This document shows, one piece after another, positions 39,111-54,964 of a DNA stretch of 64,000 nt. The notes beneath the pieces were generated by a model. It saw nothing but the letters and a program-made list of their open reading frames with translations. It was not told the origin of the DNA and ran no database searches. A program made the position numbers and the translations under genes. This DNA comes from Paramecium tetraurelia (taxonomy: Eukaryota), in contig CT868374.1 of the NCBI GenBank assembly GCA_000165425.1, forward strand, positions 186,001 to 250,000, given 5' to 3'. Within the stretch, counting starts at the first letter, position 1. Each line of letters opens with the position of its first letter.

Positions 39111-41670
39111 TCAAAAGTTAATTTTTGTTTCTAAAATAGTTTCTAATCTACTCTTTTGTTAAGATATATACAGAGTGATATTTTTTATAGTTTCCTCATC
39201 TTTTATTTTTTAGACATCTTAATTCAACGAAGTCAACTATTTAACCAAAGTTTGACAAATTTACCTAAAATAGAATATATATATTACATATCTCTTTCCC
39301 AATTCAGAATTTAAAGCATCTAGCAGCTTTTCAATCTGTACTAAACAATATCATTATGATAAGGCAGCAAGTCTAGAATTTGTTTGTTTTCTAATTCTGC
39401 CATTCTTTGATCGTAAATTATAAGCAACTCTGTGTACCTTGCTAGACCTTCCCAAATATAGTATTTTTATCCGATTTCTTTAGCCAAATGTTCATACAAT
39501 TTCAATATTCTTTTTTTGTTAATATTTGATTAAGCGATGTTCTCCGAATTCAACTAATCAGTTTAATAAGCGAATGTTTATGTGATTTTTGATATTATTT
39601 ATTCATCAATTAATTCTCGATGATCTAATTAGACAAGTTTTTCAATGCAGGAATAAAATCTAACAAATTTTTTATTTCTTAAAGAAATAGCCATCAAATT
39701 ACTCCAGAGTCTCCAATCAGTACTAGCATATTTCACTCCTTATTCTAAAGCAGATTGTGCTTCACTAAACTTTTTCAAGGCAACCAAGCATGATGAAATG
39801 TTTCCCCAAATTTCCCCATCATTTTCATTAATTCTGACTGCTTCGCCTAATGACTTTATTGCCTCTTCCAATTTATTCAATCTCATATAAGCACATCCCA
39901 TTATATACCATGATTTTTAGTGATATGAATTTATCTTAACAGCTTTTCTATAAGATTTAATAGATTTTTCATAATTCTTTTCTTTAAAAAAGTAATATTC
40001 CCCTAAGGATCTTTAAGCCCTAGCAAATCGCTTTTTGGAATCCTTCCAGGCTTCTTTTAAAATCTTAGGATCCTATTTAATTTCTCCTGTGATGCATTTC
40101 ATTTTCACTGTCCCAAATCCTTTTGCAGTTATTTACTCTATTTCTTTGAGTGCTCTCTATGTATCACCAGTGCCTACAATACATTCAATACATTCCTCCC
40201 ACATTTCTAATCTAGCAAATATCTCATAACCACTTGACATCATTCCAACCTTCATCCATTATTCAGCTAAAATTCCGCTTAGGTTATAGTAATCAGGATA
40301 GTTTGAGTAAAATAAATTCAATGCTCTTAAATCAGAATCTGGTTAAATTTCATTAAATTAATCGACGAGTGTCTACATTTAAATCAAGGCTCTTTCCATT
40401 CTCTTTAGGTGATGAAACTCATTTAAAGATCGTAACAACAAACCCTATGAATAAACAATCCAACTATTAGATTTATCAAGCATCAAATTTAAGTAGGCTT
40501 AAACTTATTGTTAAAGTATCTCATCATTTGGCAAAGTCTTTTTATAATGATGAATCAATCCCAACAAAACTATTTGTTCTTCCAATGACAATGAATCCTA
40601 TTTGATTTCTCCATCAACAACAGGCTTATCAAATAAAATGGATTCCTCCTCTAAATTTACTTCTTATGGAGCATATTATTACAAAACCTCTTGTACTTTT
40701 GGCAATTCCCGAACTAAATTAAATTAGAGATTTATATTTACTTTCTTTTTCTACACTTTCCTAATCGATTATTTAAGCAACTAATTAAGGCAGTTTATCC
40801 TCTTGAAATTTAGTTTTTTTTCCTAATATCCCTGTTAATTCAAATCTAACCTTTAGCAATTACTATAATCTTATTATGCTATTACTTATGCTTTTAACAA
40901 ACAAAGTTCTGCTTCTTGATATTTGTAATAATAATTGTAAATATAAGACAGCTCTGTATATAATTTAGCTTGCTCTTTGCAATCGACAGGATAATTATCA
41001 AGGAACTCTTAAAACGAAGTCAAAATTTAATCCTTTAATTCTTAAACAGGATTATCTAGAAATTAATTATGTATGAAATTTAGTCTAGCCCACCATAATT
41101 GATAAATTGGGTTAGTATTATGCAACAAATCAAGAATTTGTTTACAAACTAAAAAGAGATGTTTAAGCTAAATCACTCTCTTAAAAGGTTCACCACAACA
41201 TTGCAATTTATTTAGAATAACTATTTTATAGGCCTATATTTTTTACATTCTTAATTTGCTTAGGAGTGATAGATTTCATATTCTGAAACTCTGCTAATCT
41301 AATTAATAAGGGGCAATAGTTCGATTAAACCAATTTCTTCTAATTATTCTTTACTAATTTGATTTGTTTAACATTTTGGAATGACTTATTTAGTTAATAA
41401 ATTTTCAATAAATAGCTTTTTATCTGCATTTTCATAGTGATAAGAGGGCCCTAAAAAGTTCTCCTTTATAAACAGACCATAAAGGATGTAGAATATGTCA
41501 AAAACAAGTTGTTTATGTTATGTTTGTAGCATCTTATTGCAACACTATTTTATGATATCTATAGCCTGATCGTTTATATTGTCTGCAAAAAATAGTATTA
41601 CTTTGAGTCCTGTGCTTACATTTTCTTTGTTGAACAATTACTATAAATTATATTCACACTTAATTTCCAT
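39111..41670 (-). CDS. TTC27: Tetratricopeptide repeat protein 27 (EMW1-like)
   Basis: MERALIQMQTLVDQF, AYEIFARLEMWEECIEC, KEAWKDSKKRFARAQRSLGEYYF, WYIMGCAYMRLNKLEEAIKS, IWGNISSC, NWRLWSNL. Confidence 0.85.
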
Positions 41671-41684
41671 TATAAAATTAATTA
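41671..41684. promoter_or_regulatory. 14-nt spacer between divergent TTC27 and UTP11 start codons
   Basis: CAT 41668-41670, spacer tataaaattaatta, ATG 41685. Confidence 0.55.
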
Positions 41685-42428
41685 ATGTCTAATTTTACAA
41701 ATGCCAAACCGCAAAGGAAATACAGAGAAAGAGCATAACCTGTAATTGAAAATCTTATGAATTTATTAGACATCTAGAGAATTCCTTGGTATTTTAGAAA
41801 AGCATGGTGACTATAAAAAGAGAGCTATCAATTATTAGAGAAAGAAGGAACAATTACAAAAATTGCAATTGAAGGCTGCTTTAAGAAATAAAGATGAATT
41901 TAATTTTAGAATGCTCAAGAGCAAAGTTAAGGATGGTGTGGTATATGAAGATTAGAATGAAAGCAGCGGAGATGAATAAGAAATCCTTAAATAAATTAAA
42001 ACTCAAAATTAAAATTTACTTAAAGCATCTATTTAACAAAAAGAAAAAGTAAAAACTTTTTATAAATAAACACTAGTTAACTGAGAAACTCAAAGAAGAC
42101 TTGGCTATGGTATAATTTGAGTAACCTACTCACAAATTCTTTTTGAAGGAAGCAAGGAAAAAGAGTTTCGATTAAGTTGAAGATAAACTGCAAGGGGAAG
42201 CATAATAATCTGCTCCCAACTCTTAATTAGCTCAAAAGATTAATAAGCTAACTGAGGCTTTATATGAGAAAGAGAGAATGAAACGCTTTTACGTGGCAAT
42301 AACAAAATCAAAAACTAAAGTAAATTTCTATCATACATTTTCATTAGGATAACGTAACAGCCAAGCCTCATTAGAGAAAAAGAATCAAGAAAGGAAAAGG
42401 AAAAGGATTATTTGAGAGAAGTAGATGA
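41685..42428 (+). CDS. UTP11: U3 snoRNP-associated protein Utp11
   Basis: MSNFTNAKPQRKYRERAQP/TSREFLGILEKHGDYKKRA...LQLKAALRNKDEFNFRMLKSK...LFERSR*. Confidence 0.93.
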
Positions 42429-42779
42429 TATATTATATAATAATCTTGGTTGTAAACTAATCAATTTCTTCTAATAAAAATTACTTAATAGATGAAGTTT
42501 TTAACCTTAAAAACTTCATCCATATTGTCCTCAAACTTTCATAATTAAGGGACATAATTTTTAATCTATTCCTTATATTGTTATGTTTCGATTTAATTTT
42601 TATTTCAAAATTAATATTTTGATATTATTGATTGCTAATATTTAGCACTTCAATTAATTAAGTTTTTGAATAGTCTTAAACTATAACTATTAGTTGGTTG
42701 ATATACATATAATTTTATAAAATATTTTCATATGAACTAGTCTATTCTTAGCATTTAACTGATTAAATATAATAATGAA

Positions 42780-44226
42780 TATAAATATATATTATATTTT
42801 TGAGAAAACCATAAGTTTCTAATTAATTATGTATACTATTTAAATGCAACAACTCCCTCACACCATCTTTAATTTTACCAATGTCTTTAAAGTTTTTTTT
42901 CAGCAAATCATTTTTTTCGAAATATTCACTTAAATAAGTTTCATCATCCACCTCAAAATACATCAAAAAAAATCTTTATAAATTTTCAATTTATAAGTTC
43001 GAAGGGTTTCTCTAATCTCATTTTCATTCAGAATTTATTAAAATAGAATTGAATTCTTTCATATTATAATTTTAAAATTAAGATTCTCCAAATCTTTTAT
43101 TGAACTAATATCCATTAACCTTATTTGAAAATTCAAGTTTGCTTCCATTAGTAATACGATAAAGGATAAGCCAATTAAATATTATGATATCATCTACTAA
43201 ATTGGCTTATGAGAAAATCAATTTTCAAGTTTTCGAATTTATTGATCCTACAATTTATCATCATATAAGCTGCCGATTTATCTTTCTCTCTTGTAAACAT
43301 AAAATTTTAAAATGACTTATACTCCTAATAATTTTCTCAAATAAATATTATTTCAATTCAGTAGCTCCAACAATATGACTTAAAATTTCTTACAACATTC
43401 AAATGTTTATATATATAGCTAAGACTATTATATACAGACTTTTTATATCAGTAACAGTTTGGCCAAATTTTTTTCAAATCATTTTTATTCTTTTTGGCTT
43501 GGGTTTTGGATTTCTTTTAAGTAATTCTCTCTTATTTGGATAAATTCTCACTCTTGAGTTACTAAAGACTTCTGATTTTAAATTTATTTTGAAATTGGGA
43601 ATTGTCTCGATTATTTTTTTGTAATATCATTGTCATGCCATATATTAAATGTCCAACCATAGTCCTAAATCAGCTATTTCAATTGAAAAAAAGAATGAAA
43701 TCTATCATTAATAAGTATTATCTCCTATAACTTATTCCAAATCCCTTGATATTATATTTACTTTTATTCATTTGAATTTAAAAATTTGTATCTCAATATT
43801 CAACTACTTAGTTATTTTATCTTTTATATGTTTTAATCTTATAAAAATAAAATTCATTATTTACTTTTTCATATTCCCAAGTATTTTTGTGATCACTGAC
43901 ACATAGCATGTATTTAAGGCATAATTATAGGATTTGCCTTCCACTAATAATTCGTTTATTTGCTTAATTATCTTAAACACTAAGAATGTTGACTCTTAAA
44001 AATTCCTAAAAAAGACTAATATTAATCAAATCTGAATCATATTGTTACTGTAACGTTAAGCCAATTTCGTAGACACTGGTGTGTTAATTTTGTTAATCTC
44101 TTTCAAGGTTATTGTTTAATATTTTTTCATAAAATCAATTAAAAATTTATATTTCGACTTTGATATTGAATTGAGTTTGCCTTAGTGAAACTAATGAAAA
44201 TTTAATTGTCTTTTGTTTTCATTCAT
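42780..44226 (-). pseudogene. Degenerate protein-kinase-like remnant; boundaries approximate
   Basis: Ordered fragments ISRDLE (HRDLK-like), IEIADLGL (DFG-like), TDIKSL (DIWSL-like) separated by multiple TGAs and frame breaks. Confidence 0.45.
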
Positions 44227-44272
44227 CTTTCTATGAGATATTATACAATTCAAAATCAATAATTAAATACAA

Positions 44273-45963
44273 ATGGATATTACATTAAATTTTCTGGATC
44301 CCCAAGAGGAGAAAAATTATGGTCTATATAGTCATTAGATCGAACTAAATTTATTTAAAAGGCTACTCTATAGTATGATGATAGGATCATTTTCTGGGTC
44401 TATATACTTTCTTATAACATAGAACTATCTCTATATAGTTCTGGGGACCTATATGTTTGTTCAAACGATGTTAGCAATTTTCCTCTCACAAAAATCAATC
44501 TAATTTCTAAATATCGTAGCTTTTGCTTATCAAATGGAGATCTAAACCTTACTTGCTGTGTTAATTACATAATTAGATGAAACTTTATAAAGAAGCACAG
44601 TTATGATAATCACGTCAGCAGCTTTTTAATTATCCATTTGGTATATCTTGCATTTTAATCGTTTAGCCTCTCCATAGGTACTAAATTTTATTTGAAGCTG
44701 TTCGTAAGTCTTTACGCTGTCTCAATTCAAATATTACTAAGTTCTATGATTGAATCTTTGAGTTTAGTTTGGATAGGTTTTGCTCTTTTTTCCCTTATTT
44801 TCGCATTCTAGTTCATTTATTATTAAGAATATGAGAAGAGGTAAAAATATACTTTGCATTAAAATGCCCAAAGGATAAAGGAAAACTTAATAAATTTAAT
44901 TGAGATACCAATACTAACATGTTATAATAATGAAAGTGATTTAAAATTGGTCTTCACTGAAGCTAACAAATGTGCTTAAAGTCTTTTGAAAGTGAAAGAC
45001 TAAAATAGCTTTCTAAAATTTGCAAGAGAAGTTAGCATATTACAAACAAAAACCATTTCCTCATTTACGAAATAATAAACTGTAAATAATGTCATTACGA
45101 CACAATCATTAGAAGGCTTGGTTCGAAAATTCTTCCGAAAATAAATTGACTAAGATAACGACCTGAAAAGGACTTTTTCCGCATATAGATGCAGAGTTAA
45201 GCACAATTCTTAAGAGTACTTATGTTAATTAATTTTATTAAATGAAAAATACCCCTAATGTTTTATATACCTTTAGAAAAGCTTTGATGATTATATAGAG
45301 AAAACAAATTAAAAATTAAATATATTAAATTTACTTCTTAAGCGAAGTGCTAGGGAGATATTCACTAAAATTGGGAATAAGTAAAAGTGCTTTAAATCTT
45401 TGTACTCGAACTAAAAAACTTGCAAACCTTTTAAATCAGTTGAAAGATTAGACCAAGAAATATTTTAAGTCAACATTTACTTTGCTAATTCTAAAATACT
45501 ATTTAATTCTCATAATACTAATTTTTCAACTAAGAAATCTTCAAACTTAATTCATTTAATCGATTCCATTTTATTTCATTTCAATCACACATTGACCTAA
45601 AAATCCATTTCAGTCTCTTTTAACAAGAATGAATAAGATCCAACAATTTATTGTAATGATATGTTGCTTAAACAATTATTTTATAATTCTATTGAAAATG
45701 CCATTGTATTTGCAAAGGATAAAGTTATCATAGAAATAAATACTCATTATGATTATGATATTAACAAATAAATAATTACAATCATAATCATAAATACAAT
45801 TGATCCTACAATTTTAGAACAAAATAACAAAGAAAAATAGATAAAATTAGGACATTTAGTTTGCAACAAAATATTAAGATGGATTGGTCCATACAAAACC
45901 TTAAGCATAAATTAAGAAACTTGTTCTTATTCAGTGAAATTCTGCTTATTTGATAAATTATGA
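44273..45963 (+). CDS. Membrane-bound histidine-kinase-like protein with degenerate catalytic motifs
   Basis: N-terminal TM segments; C-terminal HATPase_c-like DMLLKQLFYNSIENAIVF...KLGHLVCNKILRWIG; H-box position reads SAREIFT. Confidence 0.7.
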
Positions 45964-46104
45964 TTGTTTAATAATTTTAGTATTTATTTTTAATTCCTAA
46001 TTTACAAAATTCAAACATTCATAATATTAATTAATTATACAAATTTATTCACTAACATAGGTATTAAATAATCCAAAAAAAAAGATTAAAAATGTGTTTT
46101 TGGT

Positions 46105-46293
46105 TCAACATAATTCAACATCCTCCTCCGAGCAGCTGGGCTCGACCGGGTTTGGGGGGGCACCATCATCTTTAAACCTCACTCTCTTTCCCCTGGTTCT
46201 ATCGTTCACTCTTTCGATGTCATCATGATCTCTCTAGCTCTTCCGTTGTCCCTCAGGTCCCAGGGAAGGGTTAGGGGAAAATTCCCGAAACAT
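46105..46293 (-). CDS. GC-rich 62-aa microprotein candidate (alternatively a structured ncRNA)
   Basis: MFREFSPNPSLGPEGQRKSQRDHDDIERVNDRTRGKRVRFKDDGAPPNPVEPSCSEEDVELC*; about 50% GC over 46101-46300 with very AT-rich flanks. Confidence 0.5.
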
Positions 46294-46395
46294 GCCAATT
46301 ATGACATCACGATAAAAAAATAAAAAAAATTTTTATTTTTGATTTATTATGATGGATAAAAAATTAGGATATTTATTAAAATTGCTTTCATTCTT

Positions 46396-49486
<3,091 letters not shown>

Positions 49487-50401
49487 AATTCTTTATTAAA
49501 TTTAATTATAAATTCAAATGAAAACTATTCACAATCCAATAGGTTTATATCCTTAATGAATATTTTACTTATTAATATAATTTTAATGGAATATCTATAC
49601 TATTTTGAGACTATTCAGAATCATTTTCTTTTTTTTAAAAAGTTTGTAGTATTTCCAGATAAAGAAATAAGGGAAAAGTGATCAGTAAATCAACAATAAC
49701 TTAAAGAGAATTAAATAATTGCTTTAACCTTCAATAAATATTAATAGAATAATTTACAAAAACTATTATTAAAAATTATGATCAAATTAATTTGGAATTT
49801 TTAAAGAAAAACAAATAGAGGTAAAAAAAGAGATTAATTTCTCATCTTAGATTAATAAGGAATTGATTGTTAATTATATTCCTTTAATTAAAATGCTCAT
49901 CTCTTAAGCAAAACAATCTCTTAATTTAGATTATAAAAAATCAATCTTTTTTTTCATTATCCATAAATAGGTCTCAATTAGATTTAAAAATATTTTCATG
50001 CTATAATATTTATGCGTATATCCTGAATAAAAATGAGATCTTTATATTTTTTTTATTGATCGTAATTTATTTCATCAAATGGTATTTATTGCTAATAGAA
50101 ATAATGATATCTCATTTCTATTTTGCAAATATATAACTAGCTCCCCAAAACAACTACTTCAATCCATTTTAATATTTAATAGATAAAAAAATTTTCATAA
50201 ATTTTCTTCCCCATCAAATAATATAATTGATAGTAGTGATGATGTTAAATTCAAGATCCTCTATAAAACCATAGCTTCCATATTTTGATCAATCACGGGT
50301 TTTTAATAATTTTGTTATTGAGTTTTTTTTAATATAATATATTTTTTATTCATAAACTTAGCAATACTATCCCATAAATTAAATATTAATGTATGATTAA
50401 A

Positions 50402-50751
50402 TCACTTTTTGATTTGTTTTACTATTTTCACTTCCTCTACTAAGAATGCTCTGATGATGCGATTTTTTAGGGCTCCAGCACTCAATACTCCTCCATATGG
50501 TCTTGATACTGTTCTTTGTCTTCTTGAAAGTTACTTAAGTTTTGTAGGTCTAATGCGTTTAAGTCCATTTAAGACAACATTCAAATTAGAATCAGCACAT
50601 GTTGAAGCACTTGTCTTTTTGTTTGGATATTAAACAACAACTCTACCACCTAATTTAAATTGATTTTAATACCTGGTGTCTTGACCTTTCTAATCTTATT
50701 AGATCTTGTGTTATAGCTGGTTCTTCTACGATAAGTAACTCTCACACCCAT
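50402..50751 (-). CDS. RPL34: 60S ribosomal protein L34 (eL34)
   Basis: [34 protein letters not shown]...TVSRPYGG...[18 protein letters not shown]; one intron. Confidence 0.97.
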
Positions 50752-51065
50752 TTGTTAAAATCTTAATTAAAAATTTTTTTAATATTTTATCAAAACAAAA
50801 AAAAGATGATCATGAGGTGATTATAAAGAGAAACAATGTAAAACTAATGAGAACAATGGGCTTATATATTTTCATATGTTCTTGAAAAATAAATTCCCTT
50901 TGAAATAAAATACATGAAATATTTGCAAATGAATCAATATATAGATTAAATTCAAATGAAATAAGAATGAATGCAAACTATAAGCAGTTACAGCAGAACA
51001 TTTAGAAACGATTCATATAATTTTAAATGGTTCCATTAAGAATTTGATTATATGATTAAATTATT

Positions 51066-52811
51066 TCAATAAGCATTTTATCTGAAATTGTTTTCAAAAT
51101 AAGGACACTTCTCTGTTTACATTTCATCTCGATATGTATCTGATTTCTAATACAAACTAGTCCTCGAGGAACTATTAGTTTATTTCTACAAGCCAAGAGG
51201 CAATTAAAAGAATGATGACTTTTCTTTAGTAATTAAATTAGGAACGTTGGCATTTTATAATTCTTACACAGATTTTGTAAGATGAGTACCTAAATTTTTA
51301 CCTTTAATATTTTGTTTTATTTAAAAGTTGTCGCTATTACCTCTGACCATTTTTAATTCTTTATTATCTAAACTTAAATTTAATTGGCTCTTGTCCTTTA
51401 TTTTATTGATGTCAATTTTTTACAAAGTCTCATGTAATCCTTCTCCAAAATAAGTTAACTAGGGCGAAATTTCAATCTCAAGATCAAAATGATATCCCAA
51501 TTATGTTATCCATTTTTAATCCCTTTTCAAATAAGCTATCCTTGCTGTCTAAGCTGTGTCTTTATTGTCATTTGAATTGTTTATAATGGCTGCATATTCA
51601 TCTTCTCTTTTTACTCTAAATAAGCCAAATTTCTAACTAGAACAATAGGGCAAAGCATCATAGTATGTAATTTCGAATTTTAGAGCATTTGAGGTTGCTA
51701 ATTAAGGTTATATGAGTTAATTTAATTTGTAATCGAAGTATGTGCATTTTTTTAAGCGAATCGGAAAGCTTTTTATAATAATATGATACTTTGTTTGTAA
51801 TTAAAATCTATAATTTTGACTTAAGTTCAAAGCGTAATCAAGTGAACATAGTGCTTATCCTATTACTCCATCTAATTTATCAACTTATCTAATTTATATA
51901 TCATTATTTTCTAAATCAATAGAATTATTATTACCAACCAAATGAAGGAGAGATTAATCATTTTTTACAATTGTAGGTAATTTTTCATCTGTATTTCTTT
52001 TCTAAGTGCATTTGAAACTTAAATCTAGTTTAAATCTTGTAAATGCCCCAAGCCAATAGGGATCTCCAAATTTACATAACACGTTTTCTATTGAGCACAA
52101 TTATATTATAGTTATGCCAAGTAATTTCATTGTTTCCAATATATGTTTGCTTAAATAAATTTACCCATTTCCGATATGTTCTTCATAAATTTAGTGTTCA
52201 TTTCTAAAAAGAATTTATCCATCCATACTTAGTAAGGGTAAGCAATCTTATTAAAAGAAAAAAATCTAATGTTCTTTTAATCCATAAAAATTTGAATTTT
52301 ACAAGTTTGACGCAATGATTTCATGATTAAAACTGGTTGTCATAATGAAAATTAGAATTGGCTAGCATTCCCCATGGATTTATTTAGTTAGATTTTATAG
52401 GCTTTGAATTCTTTCAAAATACAATTGAAATAAACATTTTTTTGATGGTAACTAAATATCTAAAAACCCAGTATTTTGTTGAGAACTAATCACGATTGCC
52501 ACTAAATAGTGAGTATTATCCTAATACGTTTGCCCTCTGCAATAATTTGATATCCAATACAATCATCTTCTAATTCGAAATCTAAGCAGTTTACTATTTG
52601 GAATGGAGTTGGTTTCCTTGTATTAGACTTAAACCTTTGAAATGCCTAAAAATGGTGTAAATAATACTTAATTCAACACTTTATTATCATAACTGAGTAG
52701 CTTATCCAAAATTTATTGTTTTTGATTTTCTTTCAGCTTATTTATATACTTCAATATTGAAGCTTACTCGTTGACTTCGAAATCAATACCATCATTCGAT
52801 AGCTTTTTCAT
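51066..52811 (-). CDS. UDP-N-acetylglucosamine pyrophosphorylase (UAP1)-like protein with degenerate active site
   Basis: IIAEGKLAIV...DIQLPSKKCLFQLYFERIQSLQ, IFIMTT, YGLKEHQIFFFQQDCLP, IGNGQIY, ALKFEITYYDALP, VKREDEY, DTAQTAR, IEISPQLTYFGEGL follow the UAP1 motif order. Confidence 0.82.
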
Positions 52812-53529
52812 TTATTAATTTAAATATAATAGCAAATTATAATTATCAGCCAACATTATCTAAATATTTTTATTAACTTAAATATAAAACTGCTTTCAAT
52901 AATTCCTCAATAATTTAATATCGCTTTTTGTAAAATTGAACCCTGTCCCAAAATATTGATATGCTATGCACTACTAACTACCCATAATAAGAGTTTCATT
53001 TGGTATTATATGTATGTATACTTTTTAAATGACCAATATTTATTTCTTTAATTTAAATATGGGATTAGATTTCGACAATCAATTAATCTTACTTCTTTAT
53101 TTTCATATGGTGAAAAGATACACGGAATCAAATTAAACTTATCCAAAATAGTTGATAAATCGATAAAAAAAGAATAAAATTAATATTAAATGTTTTCGTT
53201 TGTTTAAATCTTAATAAATAAGTAGCAAAGGGAAATAGAGTAATTATTTTTGGTATTTTAAATGTTGTATAAGGGCTATTATAATTATTTAATAGTTGAA
53301 ATAATAATTAAATATTTATTGATCATTTTTTGTAAATTATCATTTACATTTTTTCTTTACAATTTTAACTTTCTTGTATTTCACTATATCTTTTCAATAA
53401 AGGATATATATAATTTTGATAGTTAACTTGTCTGTAAGGATCTTAATTGCTAAAGTAATAATAAAGTTTTAGTTTTTGGTGGTTGAATAATTGTATATAA
53501 TTTTTTATTAAATACTATTTTTAATCAAA

Positions 53530-54964
53530 ATGATAAGGTTGAAGAATGTTATAGGGTCAGCTATTCATATTTAAACTTCCTTTTTTTAGATTTTCTATTC
53601 AAACTCCTCAACCACCTTCTGATTCATCATTTAAAAAGATGTTATTCTAAGGAAAGAGTGCAGATAAATCAAGGAAATAAAATTAAAAATAAGAATAAAA
53701 GCAGCAAAAAAATTAACAAAGAAAAGAACCAAATGAAAATTAATAGAGTGAATAAAGTGCACCATAAAAGAAATAAGAGAGGCATTTTGATAGATAATAA
53801 TTCCATAAATAAAAATTTGATGATCCTAGACCTAATAGGAATGAAAAAGATCGAGATCACCTGACTAATAATAGTAATAGCAATCGTAATAAGAGAATCC
53901 AAAGAAAACAGGAATTGAACAAGATTCAAATTAAAATCCATTATGAAGACATATTAAAGAAAAATCAAATGAGTTAATGATTTTGTAAAAAGTCTATCCG
54001 ATAAATAACTGCTTGACTTTTATAAAGAAGAGAGGTTGGATAATTTCTTATTAGAGTCATTGATTAATTAAGAGGATATTTTCGAATTTAATTAGTAGAT
54101 TGCCTATAGAGAAACCTTTAATCAAATCAAGAATGAAGTAGCACATGGTAAGTTTGACTATTAAAAATTGTAATAACTATTTGTAATTTAACAAGATTGC
54201 AATCATTCACAGAGAGTGAATAAATTTTGAGAGAGGTGTTTGATAATTATGAATACTATGTGAAACTTGAGAAGAAGTTGTTGTATGACGAGAGAAAGTA
54301 AAAGAGGGTTTACAAAATAATTGATTAACTTCGACACGACCAGGTTAGAGAAGATCATATGAATAAAAACTCTCTGAAATTGAGGTTTTATTTAAGAAAA
54401 GTACTATTGACTATGGTTTAATGAGAATGATTTGATTGAATTTCCAGAGGTTGAGCAGATTTAGTAAATGTAAATAAGTATGAATTTCATTCAATAATTA
54501 AATAGATATGAAGAAATAATTTACAAAATTAGGCTTGCCAGTTGAGAAGTACAAGGCAAACATCGTAACATTCTAGCCATTGAAAATAAATTCTTAAAAG
54601 AATAAGAAGAAATTGAATGAATTCCCAATGAAGTTCTGAAAAAGGATGGTGAAACTACAAATAAGAAAGGAAGATCTTAAAAATCTGCTACATTCAAAAA
54701 TGTTGATACATTAATTTATGATAATTTGACCAAAGCCAGAAAAGATTTAAAGAGTTTAAGACATATTGAAAAATGGAGACAATATCTCAAAATTATGTGT
54801 ATAATTTAAACATAAAAATGTAAACTGACAAGAATTTCTTCAAAAAAATGATTCTTTAAAAGTATTAACATGGTATATCAGATGAGGGTATGAGAGAGTT
54901 GGTTAATCTCAAATAAAAATTAAAGAATATTAAGCGTAGAAAAAGATGGTTTATAAGAAATTGA
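53530..54964 (+). CDS. Hypothetical Q/K/E-rich protein, possibly mitochondrially targeted
   Basis: Basic N-terminus MIRLKNVIG/FS..., tiny introns, ends KRRKRWFIRN* (TGA 54962-54964). Confidence 0.62.

Noticed and set aside
46140..46290. Telomere-like words (gggtttggggggg, gggttagggg) suggesting telomerase RNA or an internal telomere
   Set aside because: No tandem TT(T/G)GGG array, and no UGUCA element directly 5' of a CAACCCC-type template; U3, SRP and RNase P/MRP motifs also not convincingly matched
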